Shown: positions 27,932 through 45,047 of the stretch, one piece after another
How positions within the stretch are numbered: the first letter of the stretch is position 1
Layout: every line of letters begins with the position of its first letter
Assembly (NCBI GenBank): GCA_964016885.1
Contig: OZ024759.1
Location: 21,700,001 to 21,764,000, forward strand
DNA length: 64,000 bases
Reading direction: 5' to 3'
Origin: Eledone cirrhosa
Lineage: Eukaryota
The notes under the pieces: generated by a model
The model's database searches: none
Told to the model about the DNA's origin: nothing
Seen by the model: the letters and a program-made list of their open reading frames with translations, nothing else
Made by a program: the position numbers and the translations under genes

Positions 27932-28197
27932 GAGGCCTGTGGCCTACTGGTGAGGGTGTTAGAATAACTGTCATAATGTCGTGGGTTCGATTCCTGGACT
28001 GGGTTGCGTGTTGTGTTCTTGAACAAAACATTTCATTTCACGCTGCTCCAGTATACTGAGCTGAAAATGAGTACCAGAAATAGCTGGCGTCCTGTCCAGG
28101 GGGAAGTCTTGTACTCTCAGTCGCTTCACGCCATAAAACCGGGATAAGCACTGGGCTCACACGCCTTAAAAGGCTTAAAACAGACTTTAGACTTTAT
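27932..28197 (+). mobile_element. SINE family B, near full length
   Basis: GTGGCCTACTGGTGAGG head, GGTTCGATTCC B box, tail GACTTTAGACTTTA. Confidence 0.87.
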
Positions 28198-28335
28198 TTA
28201 ATCAACGTCAACACTACCAATCAACATACAAGGTAGCCCGAAGGTCATTAAACCATTTTAAAATATAAAAAGTATAATAAATGTCTGATACGCATTTCAA
28301 AAAGCTGGTACAATGTGGTAGAAATATATAAAGTA

Positions 28336-28507
28336 CAGTGTTGGATTAATGGCAAATGAGGCCCTGGGCTAGTTAAGTTATGAGGCTCCTTAGATTTAAA
28401 ACATTCATCGTAAAAAATGTGGGAGGGCTGGAAGATTGGCACCGCCCCCCTGGATAACGGGACCCTGTGCTTAAGCACACCTAAGCACAATGGTAAATCT
28501 GGCACTG
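28336..28507. mobile_element. hAT-type MITE with 8-bp TSD (7/8 match)
   Basis: Termini CAGTGTTGGATTAA and TAAATCTGGCACTG; flanks ATAAAGTA and ATAAAGGA. Confidence 0.8.
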
Positions 28508-28644
28508 ATAAAGGATGACAAATAAAGCAAAACAAAGTAATGTTTCACTCAGTATATTTCCATATGATATTTCAGGATTAATACTCTCTTTTCAAATGTA
28601 AAACGGAAACGGTTCGAAACCAAACCAAACCAAACTAAACGATT

Positions 28645-28955
28645 GATACGTCTGAAATATCACATGGCACCGACCTAAACAATCGATATGTTCTTCTTCA
28701 TCTGCTCTACATGTCTGAAATACCACATGGTACCGACCTAAACGATCCACGTGTTCTTCCTTATCAGGTCTACCACATGGTACCGGCCTTGTTCTTCTTT
28801 ATCTGGTCTACATGTTTGAAATACCAGATGGAACCGGCCTTGTTCTTCCTTATCTAGTCTACAGGTCTGAAATACCACATGCTACCGGTCTAAATGATCG
28901 ATATGTTCTTCCTTATCTGGTCTACATGTCTGAAATACCAGATGGAACCGGCTTT
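28645..28955. repeat. Approximately 63-bp tandem repeat with internally deleted units
   Basis: TCTGAAATA at 28651, 28714, 28866 and 28929. Confidence 0.88.
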
Positions 28956-29254
28956 CAGAAACTTATTAGTCATTTATTACATATCTCACAATACAAATAA
29001 AAGTGTTATTATATATTGACATGGTCATGTGACATTTGGTCCTTTCTGTAGTAGTTCAGATATATTACTTTAGCACATACACACCTCAACGATATTCACG
29101 CTGGAACTTTCACATCGAATATTTGATTTCTAATTCTACGCACAAACGTGCTAAAATGCAAACCCACAAGTGTATGTATGTATATATGTATGTATGTATG
29201 TATGTTTGCATACATATACTCACACGCACACACACACACACACACATATATATA

Positions 29255-29567
29255 CAGGGTATCCCCCCAAAATGTATAAACACTTCAACAGCATTCTAAT
29301 AAATATTGTCTGTGCAGGTAATCAATGGGTGTATACATTTTTTGGACACCCTGTATATATGTATATATATATGTATGTATATATGTATATATTCGTTTGG
29401 TCGATTGGTATCAATATATCTGACATAACTATATATATGCCTCTACGCGCGCGCGTGTATATATATATATACAGGGTGTCCGAAAATATTATAAGACTTC
29501 AACACCATTCTAATAAATATTGCCTGTACAGGTAATCAAAGAGTGTATACATTTTTTAAACACCCTG
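29255..29567. mobile_element. Two Tc1/mariner-type MITEs of about 100 bp (29255-29353, 29472-29567)
   Basis: TA-CAGGGT(G/A)TCC ... ACACCCTG termini; near-identical interiors. Confidence 0.88.
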
Positions 29568-30294
29568 TGTATATATATATCGTGCATATATTGACACCAA
29601 ACAAATGCTGATACAGACTCCCACAACTGTCAATACTAAATATTCCGAGTGCTATATATAACTCAAACACACATATATACATATATATAACAGTATGTGT
29701 GTGCGTTTGTATATTTTCTTACATACATATGTTTGTGTGTATGTTTTTCCGTACACTTACGAGTACAGCAAGCTAGGGTGTATTCCCAGGTAGGTGTATC
29801 CTACAATCCTATAAATAATTGTATTTGTTGGCAACAAGGGTAAGATCAACGTTGTCTACCTGCCAACAACAATTTCTCCCTCGCCCACCCTCTCAATCTC
29901 TCAACCTCCCCCACCATCAGCCCACCCCCTCTCATCCTCTTGACTGTGGAGTTGAGCATCGATGGAGCAATTATTAAAGTGAAACGAAATACGAGTGGAG
30001 GATAGGACTTGAGTTGATTTTGATGTAACAACCAGCTGCTTCACAGCTTGGCTCGGGAGGTTTGCCAGCCAGAATGTTTAGAAACGAAACAAATAAAGAC
30101 AAAACAACAACAAAAAAGAAGAAGAAAAAGAACTGGAATGGAACAGACTAGCTCCCTTTGCAGTAGGAGACATACCACGTTTAGGATTAGTGCTTCAAAC
30201 TACATTAAGTTGTTTGGTTAATAAATTTAAACACTACTACTACTACTAATACTACTACTATTTCTACTACTATTACTACTACTGTTGCTGCTAA

Positions 30295-30515
30295 TAATGG
30301 TTTCTTATATAGGCACAAGGCCAACAATTTTGGGGAAGGGAAAATCGATTAAATCGACTCCAGTGCATTAAAGGCACTTTATTTATCGACCCCGTAAGGA
30401 TGAAAGGCAAAGCTAACCTGGGCAGGATTTGAACTTAGAACGTAAAGAGGCGTAACTATATGCCACCAAAACACTTTGTCCGACGCCCTACCGATCATGC
30501 CAATCCACGACCGTA
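30295..30515 (-). mobile_element. SINE family A (long subfamily)
   Basis: TTATCGACCCCGTAAGGATGAAAGGCAAAG..GGATTTGAAC. Confidence 0.9.
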
Positions 30516-30679
30516 ACAATAACAACAATAATTATTTATTTCATTAACCTCAAGGGCTGACACAAGTAGATGTCGTGTTAGTGTTTGTAGATACGATAAA
30601 TAGCTGCAAACTCTTCTTTCCGTGTTTCAGGAAGAGAGAAATCGATTTTTTGAAACTAGTTAGACAATTCCTTTTCTTT

Positions 30680-30711
<32 letters not shown>

Positions 30712-30964
30712 TTTTCCCTCCCATCTCCATCAATCCATCTCTGTCTCCCTCCTTCCGATCTCCAATATTCTTTCTTTCTTTCTTTTCTCGATTTATCCCT
30801 GGTGGTGGAAGCGGTGGTGGAGGTGGGGCTCTTCTTTCCATAGTTTGGCTAAAATGTTTGTTTACTAAAAACCGACGCTAGTAAATTTTCAAAGCATCAT
30901 AAATTACCCCCCGTCGCTGTATATGACCTTTAGGTAGGAGAAAATACTCTCGTTCACCGACACA

Positions 30965-31520
30965 TGATTATATACTGGGATCGGTTCTTTCTTTATATAT
31001 CTTTCTCACTTCATTTCTCTCTTTCTCTCTCTCACTCTCTTAAAGAAATCGACTCTGCTCTGACCTGGAGAGAAGATGAACTCCATCAGAGTTACAGAGA
31101 TCGATTGTGCTCTGAGCTGGAGAGGAGATGGGCTCCACCAAGTTTAAAGAAATGGACTGTGCTCTGACCTGGAGAAGGGATGGGCTCCATCAGGTCTTTT
31201 AAAATGGACTGTGCTCTGACCTGGAGAGGAGATGGGCTCCATCAGGTTTAAAGCACTTTTCTAGACACGCTATATATCATTACAGCCCCACTATGACTCC
31301 GCCGGATCCATCCATACATATATAAAATGGTACCAGTCCAATGCTGGGATAGAATCTTTCCCTATATCTCTTTCACATTCCCTATCTCTACTTCTCTTAA
31401 GGAAATTGGCTGTGTTCAGACCTGGGTAGGATGAGCTCCGCCAAGTTTAAAATACCCTAGAAACGCTGTATGTCCCTACGGTGCCAAGACAACTCCACCA
31501 GGAAATACGGATCCGTACGT
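30965..31520 (+). repeat. Two head-less SINE family C 3' parts; the first contains a 52-bp unit repeated four times
   Basis: TGCTCTGA(C/G)CTGGAGA at 31056, 31108, 31160 and 31212; matches the tail of 11105-11410. Confidence 0.8.
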
Positions 31521-31619
31521 ATATACATGATATGTTAACTGCCACTTCTTTATAGAAGACAACCATCTCTTCAACGAATTATCTGCTATTATGAACCATT
31601 GCCAACTACAGGCTGCTGG

Positions 31620-31885
31620 CCAGTTTTTCTAGATCCTTCCCATGTGGTATGGGTGAGCAGTGTGTCCACAAAAGGGGCTGCTTAGATGCTCAAGACTCTA
31701 CCGCCAGGTTAACAGCGCAGCAACGTTAGAATAGGACATGAGCCGCTCATGTGTAGATTTGTGACTATGTGCTTCTAACCGGTCGAATCTGTATACGTTG
31801 CGACTCCTACAGCACACCGTGGGACATACACACACACACATACATACATACATACATACATACATACATACATACATACATACAT

Positions 31886-31938
<53 letters not shown>

Positions 31939-32497
31939 TACATACATACATACATACATGATGATGGCTGCCTCCACGTTATCGAGTATGGCCATTGCAC
32001 GATACACCATTATTAATAATTATTAATTAATTCTATCGTGCAATGCCTGTGCATGAAGATATTTTTTAAAGTGAGGAAAGACTGTGCACTGAGCCAATCC
32101 CACTCTCTGAGCGACAGTATCTATAACCCGAAAAGAAGAAAAGATCAACATCATCGGTAACTACTGAGTCCCAGATTTTATATCGGAGTTATCTCAGTTT
32201 CCTGAGTTGCCTTCTCCTAGAAGAATGCCCCGACAAAGGCTAGGGGTCATTCACTCCCAGTGGTTTAACCGCGCGGTGCATGTGTATATACATATTTACA
32301 CACTTTTGGATGGCCGTTGACTCTTATGAGTTCTTCCACCCTTTGTCAGGTTTTGTTCTATGTCCTGCAGGGTGTCCCAAATCACCCTCCTCACCAAGTA
32401 AACTTGGTGGAGTTGCCGGTTTAGTCGCCGACGACTCGACCATGCGACAGGTTGTACTGGGTTACATGTTACCAGTAGCACTCAAGAGTGACCCGAC
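31620..32497 (-). mobile_element. Non-coding RTE-derived fragments (5'-UTR-like pieces) separated by (CATA)n
   Basis: 31960-32260 is homologous to 37339-37750; GGTTACATGTTACCAGTAGCACT and AAGGGGCTGCTTAGATG are recalled as RTE 5'-UTR motifs (unverified). Confidence 0.55.
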
Positions 32498-32974
32498 ATA
32501 CATACATACATACATACATACATACATACATACATACATACATACATACATACATACATACATACATACATACATGCATGCATGCATGCATACATACATA
32601 CATACATACATCTAAGTCACATATATAAGGTTTTTAGCAACTAAATATCACCTTTGTATTAGTGTAGATTTCAAAGACATTTCGCTCTTATAAAACCCTA
32701 AGTCATATAAGGAAGCGTGTAGGCTGTCACAGAAAACCTGTTGAAATAATACTGACAGTGTAAGATTTGATGTCGGTTTGGGTGTAAGTTTGTTATGCAA
32801 TATTAGTATTTAATGTAGAGATTTTAGGAAAACCATTAAATTACAAAATACCTTATAACAATGCATCTGGATGGACTCTACCAGGTTTTTTAAATGCCCA
32901 AATTATGCCACGCATCACTATGGAACCTCCACGACTTTAGTAGGCGTTAAGGGCCCATCTCGTATGCTCAAAAT

Positions 32975-33285
32975 TATGTCGCAAATTGGCATAGTCGTTA
33001 GAACGTTGGATAGAAATCTTTGCTGTATCCGTTCCGGCTCTCTGATCTCTCAGTTCAAATCACACTGAGGTTAGTTTTGCCTTTCAGCCACTCAAGATCG
33101 ATTAAAAAAGTACCATTCTAGTACTGGGGTCGATTTGTCCTATATATCTCTTTCACACTTCCATTTTCTCCTTTGCAAGAAATATGTTGCATACAGAACT
33201 GGAGAAGAGATGGAGTAAAATTCCTCCAGAACGCTGTATATTAATGCAGCGTCCCCACGGCTCTCTCGGGAGTTACAGGACCATA
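32975..33285 (+). mobile_element. SINE family C copy
   Basis: AATTGGCATAGTCGTTAGAACG head, core, and CTGGAGAAGAGATGG tail. Confidence 0.8.
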
Positions 33286-33562
33286 GATATAGTGTATTCA
33301 GCCATTCAAGTTTACAAATTCGGACGCTGAAAGATCAGGACCATGATTCGTTTTCCCAATCTATGCAGGAACTATTTGCTGATTCTGAAGTCACGTTTTT
33401 TGTTAGTTGTTGTTGTAAGATAAACTATTTTGTACACTAAATTATTATTCCAGTTCCCTTATTTTTGTCGTGGCACCACATTTCGTCACAAATTCTGATA
33501 TATGTATTTCTTCTTCATCAGAATGTTGCATGCCCTGCATTCTTTCTGATTATCTCACTTAC

Positions 33563-33637
33563 CTGTAATTAGATCCGAGATCAAACAACTTGAAAAATAT
33601 GTTGGTAGAAGTTGCCATATCGGAGGCGCCTTAGATT
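33563..33637 (-). other. Candidate exon (75 nt) of an unidentified minus-strand transcript
   Basis: Long poly-T tract then AG acceptor; consensus donor CAG|GTAAGT; contains ATG GCA ACT.. (MATSTNIFFKLFDLGSNY). Confidence 0.6.
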
Positions 33638-33918
33638 CTAAAAAAAAAAAAAAAAATAATGATAGCAGGATGGGGGTGACTTAATTGTTGCAGTATAGTA
33701 TAAAAGCACACCTAATACCACCAACATAACTACCACTGCCACCACTACCAAGAAATCTAAGAGAATATAAATTCCATGTCGTTCGGGTTTCTTGTTTTGT
33801 TTTGCTTTTCCCATGCAATAATTTCATTTATCTGGAACAATTATGCTTCTTGCTTGAAGTATTGAAATACATGAATATATGACAAAGTAAGGCAATAGGG
33901 AAATGAAATTATATACAT

Positions 33919-33969
<51 letters not shown>

Positions 33970-33972
<3 letters not shown>

Positions 33973-34627
33973 GTTTGGAGTTAGAAGGCCAAAACAATGC
34001 AGGTATGGATATAGAATATAAATACAAATGCAAAAGATATTGCTGACAATTAGTCTTTTACCTTAAATTTATTTGAATATCCTTAATTTTCGAGATATCT
34101 CTTCTTCGGAGATAAGTAAAGGGGTTAATCCAGTGTTCTAATTACCTTGCCAAGTCATGTTGACAGGAAATAGTATAGAAATTCCATTCTATTTCTAATG
34201 TCAAAGAGTGAAGGCTAGGTGGATAAAGGGTTGCCTCCCTTTAAAAGAGGTTTCGACATGTATGTCTAAGTGTGTGTGGGAGAATATGTGAAGGTGTAAG
34301 CATGCGTGTGTGTGTGCGTGAGTGTGAGAAGATTGTTTATATGTAAATGTGAGGGCTAGATGCTCTATCATGTTAAAACTGGTTTGTGTGTGTATGAGTG
34401 GTGTGTGTGTGTGTGAGAATAAGTGAAGGTGTAAGCGTGCGTGCGTGTGTGTGTGTGTGAGATGGTACGTGGGGGTGTAAGTGTGGGGATAGGTGCTCTA
34501 TCATGTTAAAAATTGGGTGTTGAGTTCTAGTCAGTTATTGATTGGTGGTTGTGTTTTATCTATAATTAGTGCTTCTTTAATTCTAAGATTGCCGAGATTT
34601 TCTTTCCTTAACTTCTATCCTAACTAT

Positions 34628-34630
<3 letters not shown>
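33970..34630 (-). mobile_element. 5'-truncated Penelope-like retroelement: GIY-YIG C-terminus plus 3' region, between (TA)n tracts
   Basis: 34608-34501 translates [34 protein letters not shown], matching the L.I.EAL.I....P..N motif of PLE endonucleases; hammerhead-like CCGAAGA-AGAGATATCTC-GAAA near 34088-34109. Confidence 0.8.
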
Positions 34631-37338
<2,708 letters not shown>

Positions 37339-37750
37339 TGGTGGCTGCCAACTCGTTTTCAAGTACGGCCACTACTTTATATCCATGTAGGAGAACTCCT
37401 ACCGATGCGCTGAACGAGTGTGACTTTTTAGTCCAGCCAGCGACTTGAAAACTCTGGTACAAACACTACACTTGTGACAATTATTGACACATAGTGCTGG
37501 GCCCATGGTACCATGTGACGACAAGTGCAGAGAGATCTCCAGATATAAAGCAATGCCTGTGCCGTGAAGCTTTTATAGTGAGCAAAGGCACTGCACAAAC
37601 CCAGTCCCACTCTCTTAACCAAGATGATATTTACCAAAAAGAAGAACAAATCAACATCATTGGATACCATCAGAGTTGCAGGTGTTATATCAGAGTTTTC
37701 CTTCTCCTAGAATTCTGCCTTGACAAAGGCTAAGGGGTCATCTCTCCCGG
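37339..37750 (-). mobile_element. Short non-autonomous retroelement, probably RTE-derived, in (TA)n
   Basis: Shares GCAATGCCTGTGC, TCCCACTCTCT, ATCAACATCAT, CCTTCTCCTAGAA, GACAAAGGCTA and GGGGTCAT blocks with 31960-32260. Confidence 0.65.
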
Positions 37751-37762
37751 ATATATATATAT

Positions 37763-37813
<51 letters not shown>

Positions 37814-37854
37814 TATATATATATATATACACACACATATATATATATATATAT

Positions 37855-37885
<31 letters not shown>

Positions 37886-37918
37886 CACACACATATATAT
37901 ATATATATACACACACAC

Positions 37919-37949
<31 letters not shown>

Positions 37950-38090
37950 TATATATATATATATACACACACACACATATATATATATATATACACACAC
38001 ACATATATATATATATATATATGCACACATATATATATATATGCACACACATATATATATATATGCACACACATATATATATATATATAT

Positions 38091-38141
<51 letters not shown>

Positions 38142-38518
38142 TATATATACACACACACACACATATATATATATATACACACACACACACATATATATAT
38201 ATACACACACACATAAATATATACACACACACACATATATATATATATACACACATATATATATATACACACACACATATATATATACACACACACACAT
38301 ATATATACACACACACACACACACATATATATACACACACACACATATATATATACATACACACACACATATATATATACATATTTATATATATATATAC
38401 ATATACATATTTATATATATATATATACATATTTATATATATATATATATATACATATTTATATATATATATATATATACATATTTATATATATATATAT
38501 ATACATATTTATATATAT

Positions 38519-38570
<52 letters not shown>

Positions 38571-39479
38571 ATATGCTACCATGTTTCAACTGTAATTGAC
38601 AATGGTATGTACAGACGAAAATATTTGCAATCTACTGTTTCAGGATGGAAATCATACTTTTTGTCGTTGGTGGTGGTGGTGGCGGTGGTGGTGGTGGTGG
38701 TTGTGGTGGTGGTGTCATTGTGCATGTCAGTATTGGTGGTGTCGCTGTTCATGCCGGTGGTGGTATGATGATGTTGTTGTTAGTGGTGTTTCTGCTGTTG
38801 GTGGTGATGTTAGTGGTGTTGATGCTGATGATGTTGTTGGTGTTGTAGTTGCTGTTGTTGTTGTGGTGGTGGTTGTTGGTGTTGTTGTTGGCGTTGTTGT
38901 TGTTATGGTGGTGGTGGTGGTGATATTGCTGTTGCTGTTGTTATTGTAGCTGTTGTCTGTGGTGGTGGTGGTGGTGGTGATGTTGTTGGCGTTGTTGTTG
39001 TTATTGTAGCTGTTGTCTGTGGTGGTGGCGGTGGTGATGTTGTTGGCGTTGTTGTTGTTGCTGCTGTTAGTCGTGATGTTGTTGCTGCTGTTGTTGCTGT
39101 TGTTGTTGTTGTTATTGTTGCTGTTGTTATTGTTGTTGTTGTACCTTCTTACAATCATCTGTATAATTAACTCTACCTTTTGAATCTTTAATTCAACCGA
39201 CAGGTGTTGTGTACTGCTTTCTTGTGTGTGTGTGTGTACATGTGTGTGTGTCTCTGTATGTGTGTATATGTGTATGTGTGTCTGTGTGTGTGTGTTTGTG
39301 TGAGTGTGTGTATATGTGTGTATATGTATGTGGGTGAATGTGTGCATATGTGTGTGTATGTGGGTATGTGTGTATATATGTGCGTGCGTGAGAGAGATTG
39401 TGTGTGTATATGTGTATGTGTCTGTGCGTGTGTCTAACGATACAAAACAAAAATATGGAAATAATACTGGTGGCATTAG

Positions 39480-39513
<34 letters not shown>

Positions 39514-39613
39514 TTTGGTGGTAGTAGTAGTAGCAGCAGCAGTAGTAGTGGCAATAGAAGCAGTAGTATTGGTTGTAGTAGTAGTACTAGTATCAATAGT
39601 AGTATTGGTAGTA

Positions 39614-39652
<39 letters not shown>

Positions 39653-39760
39653 CCAGCAACAGTAGTAGTAGCAGCAGTAGTAGTAGTAGTAGTAGTAGTA
39701 GCAACAGCAGCAGCAATAGTAGTAGTAGTAGTAGTTGTTGTTGTTGTTGTAGTAGTATTG
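37751..39760. repeat. (TA/CA)n, (TGG/TGT)n, (TG)n and (TAG)n microsatellite blocks
   Basis: Seen directly. Confidence 0.95.
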
Positions 39761-40099
39761 TTTTACTGAAGTACTCGTATCTCCTTCAAATGCTCTGCTT
39801 TGTCATTTAAGATATGTTACAATAGGAAAGGTAAAACTCGCGGTAGAAAAGCTGCAAGTTTAGTGAGTGGTAAGAGCTGCAGTAAAGCGGCAGGTCAGAT
39901 GCACTTCTGTAATAATGGTAAAGCAGCGACTCTAAATACCTTCAGCCTTTGACGTGTTGAAGGAATTTCAGTGATAACATTAATGCTAAATGCTAAATGG
40001 AATGGCAGTAGCAATGAAGACATGTGTAACGTGGTGGAAATATGCTTTCAGAATTCTTTTGAGAGCTCAGTCAGGAATGCGGAGGCGATAGCAAATATG

Positions 40100-40592
40100 G
40101 ATTGGAAGAAACAGTAGAGCGTAAGAGAATATGCTTTATGCCATAGAGTTACGGCCCTTTACGTTCTGAATTCAAATCCAGCCGAGGTTAGCTTTGCCTT
40201 TCATCCTTACGAGGTCGATAACATAAAGCACCAGTAACGTACTGGGGTCGATATGATCGACTACCCGCCGCCCAGGGTTGTTGGGCTTGTGCCTTAATCA
40301 GAAACCATTATTATGCGGAATGGTAGTGCATCCAGACACCATGCTTTGAAGCATAGAGTTATGGCCATTTACGATCTGAGTTCAAATCCCACCGAGGTTA
40401 ACTTATTCTTCCATCCTTACGGGGTCGGTAAAATAAAGTACCAGTCACGCACTGGGGCCGATTTAATCGACTTTCCCCTCCTTCAAAAATGCTGACCTTG
40501 TGCCTATATAAGAAATCATTATTAGAAGCAACAGTAGTAGTAGTAGTAGTAGAAATAGTTTGTAGTAGTAGTAGTAGTAGTAGAAATAGTTT

Positions 40593-40627
<35 letters not shown>

Positions 40628-40735
40628 GTTTAAATTTATTAACCAAACACTTAATGTAGTTTGATACACTGGGTTGATATTATCGACTTCCCCCTTTCCC
40701 CAAAATTGCTGGCTTTGTGCCTATAGTAGAAATCA
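40100..40735 (+). mobile_element. Two tandem SINE family A copies (long subfamily) plus a 3' fragment
   Basis: Copies at about 40100-40312, 40315-40520 and 40665-40735. Confidence 0.87.
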
Positions 40736-40843
40736 AAAGCCAACGCAATTCACCGATCAAACTGTTTGTAAACTGTTCAAAATAGGCGAAGTCACCTGGG
40801 TGAGAAATATGCTACAGAACACATCATATCATATCATTTATAG

Positions 40844-41178
40844 CAGAGGTTCTCAAAGTGGACGCTACCGACCCTCACCCCCAGTAGTGGTGATGGTGGG
40901 AGCGTCGAGAAGGTCAATAGAGCGGTGGGGGTGATAGAGCTAATATAACAGCATATTAAATATCAAATGATACATATTATATATAAATATAGAAAAATAA
41001 AAAAATATATAATATTTATATATTATATTATTTATTATATATAAATTTACGATTTTATTTATTATATATTATTTACAATTTGCGTGTAGGCAGTTCTCTT
41101 TCGAAATAAGGTTGATGGGGAACTCAGGATAATACGAGGCCGCGGGGGGAGATGGCCCCAAAAATTTGAGAACCTCAG
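40844..41178. mobile_element. hAT (Charlie-like) MITE with perfect 8-bp TSD
   Basis: TIRs CAGAGGTTCTCAAA and TTTGAGAACCTCAG; ATTTATAG at 40836-40843 and 41179-41186. Confidence 0.92.
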
Positions 41179-41604
41179 ATTTATAGGAAAGCTTCACCCA
41201 TATAGAACAGACAGGTGGAAAATTACCAAGATGCTTATAAGGATTCCAACAGTTGAATATAAACAGAATATTGGTGTTGACCAAAATATTCGTGTTTCGA
41301 GCGGCGAAAAAATTGGCCAACCACCAGCATTTAAAGTAGAATTTTTGGCAAAATAGGACCCGAAGCATTTGTCAATAAATGTCCTTTTTAACGGCCATTA
41401 TTGCACCGTCCACGCATTGGTAATATCTGCAACTGCTATTGGTCAGTATCAGACGAGAAATGGTTGGTGGGTGGGGAAGGGGTGCTAAATATATCAGCAG
41501 CAGCCCAGCCAATCAAAATCATCTCAATTGGCGGAGTAATTTTGCGATAGAGCTCAGAGTGAAATATAGAAATTTTGAGGCTGTATATATATATATATAT
41601 TATA

Positions 41605-41720
41605 TAGTACGTTATTCCGGGTTGAATCGGAGGTAACCACATTAAGTAAGGTACTCAATACATTGCAGAGTATAAAAGTTTTCATATAGATGAGATTCTA
41701 CAGAACTAGAACTGTTTCAT
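41605..41720 (-). mobile_element. Short (TA)n-embedded element, same family as 60945-61100 and 44180-44261 (probable PLE 3' end)
   Basis: CGGGTT.AATC..GGTAA.CACA.TAAGTAAGGTACTCAATA..GCAGAGT and ACTAGAAC.GTTTCATT are shared. Confidence 0.65.
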
Positions 41721-42827
<1,107 letters not shown>

Positions 42828-43276
42828 ATCATCATCATCATCATCACCGTTTTACGTCCGTTCTTCCACGCTAGCATGGGTTAGACGGGTTGTCCTGTTG
42901 TGGGCAGTGTCTGGTCGGCTGACCATGCCTTGCTCATACAGGAACTGATCTGGCTTGATTTCTACAGCTGGATGCCCTTCCTAACACCAACCTCATTTAC
43001 AGTGAGTGCTGGGTGCTTTTTCGTGGCGCCTACACGTCCACTTTACAGTGTGGGCTGGGTGCTTTTTTGCCGTGGCACCTCCACGGCCACCTTGCGGTGG
43101 AGGGGGGGGGGGGCATATTGTTTATATGCTTCAGCATGTACCCATGGGAGGTCGGGTACCCTGTATTACTGCGTGACGCCAGAAGTCACGGTCGTGTGTC
43201 ATTGACTTTGAGAGGTGTAGTTGGGTAAGGTCGGCTTTTATCACCTCATCCCAAGTCATCTTGGGATGAGGTGATA
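42828..43276 (-). mobile_element. 5'-truncated RTE-clade LINE related to 7152-7930, with a fold-back at the truncation point
   Basis: Minus strand reads TWDEVIKADLTQLHLSKSMTHDRDFWRHAV..; 3' UTR blocks and (GAT)n tail are shared with the first copy; 17-bp inverted repeat at 43239-43276. Confidence 0.93.
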
Positions 43277-43297
43277 TATATATGTATATATATATAT

Positions 43298-43329
<32 letters not shown>

Positions 43330-43441
43330 ATTATATATATATATATATTATATATATATATATATATTATATATATATATATAATATAAATATATACTAT
43401 ATATATATATATATTATATATATATATATTATATATATATA

Positions 43442-43488
<47 letters not shown>

Positions 43489-43699
43489 ATAATATATATA
43501 TATATATTATATATATATATATATTATATATATATATATATTATATATATATATTATATATATATATATATTATATATATATATATTTATATTATATATA
43601 TATATATATTTATATTATATATATATATCTTATATATATATATATGTATATATATATATACATGTGAATACATATATGCAAACATATACCTATATATAT

Positions 43700-43820
43700 A
43701 CTTCACAAGGCAGGTAAAGTAAAAAAGACACTTTCCAGTAGTGAAAGGCGGTGGGACAAAACCTGATACCATGTGGTAACACACCGTACTCTCGTATCCC
43801 ACAGCCATGTCTGCGTCTAT
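43700..43820 (-). mobile_element. Degenerate SINE family D fragment
   Basis: Similar to 26056-26228. Confidence 0.55.
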
Positions 43821-44067
43821 ATATAGCTACATGTTGCATTGTTGCAAAAACGCATTAACCATGGAATTAGTTTATTTTTGGAATGGATTATATTTTAAGA
43901 TAAGTTCAAAGTCAATCCTCTGCTGGAGAACACAATGAAGATTCATTCTTGGATTCTTATTGGCGCTTGCTTTTGAATTGTTAATCTTTAGAGAGAAATG
44001 ATTTTACATTCAGAACTCCAGCTCAACCCGATACATTCGGTTTATTTCTCCACACTTCTCTCTCTGT

Positions 44068-44159
<92 letters not shown>

Positions 44160-44449
44160 AGGGGGAGTGAGAGAGAGAAAATACTTCTACAGGACTAGAA
44201 CGGTTTCATTCGAATGAAATCATCGGGACACTCCTGATGGTTTCACACGAATGAAATAGTTATATATGAATAAATAAATAAATAAATAAATATATATATG
44301 TGTGTGTATATATATATATATATATAAATATATATATATATTCATATATGTATATGATTTATATGTGTATATGTATTATATATAAAGAAGTATGAGTATA
44401 TATGTCTATATATGTATATATACACACACACATATATATAAATATATAA

Positions 44450-44543
<94 letters not shown>

Positions 44544-44722
44544 TAGCTATCAGTAGTAGTAGTATTAAATATACATGGCCTGAGACAGTTGAAATACTGT
44601 CTGTTCTTCATAACTTGGGATTTCTCACTCTATAAAATATTCTTGTATTCCATCGAGAGAAATATTTAGAATAATTTACAATATCTAAATTACTTCATTA
44701 ATATACATGTAGACTGCACTCT

Positions 44723-44777
<55 letters not shown>

Positions 44778-44876
44778 CAGTAAAGTAGTAGCAGTAAAGT
44801 AGTGGTGGTGGTAGTAGTGGTACTAGTAGTAGTAGTAGTAATGGTGGTGTTGGTAGTGGTGGTAATGGCGATTGTG

Positions 44877-44923
<47 letters not shown>

Positions 44924-45002
44924 GGTAGTAGTAGTAGTGGTGGTGGTGGTGGTGATAGTTGTAATTTAAGTAGTGGAGGCGGTGGTGGTAGTAGTGGTAA
45001 TA

Positions 45003-45047
<45 letters not shown>

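Noticed and set aside
29761-29808. 48-nt minus-strand exon candidate (TTTATAG .. GTAAGT)
   Set aside because: The polypyrimidine tract is poor and there is no recognisable peptide; it would be phase-compatible with the other candidates but is unsupported.
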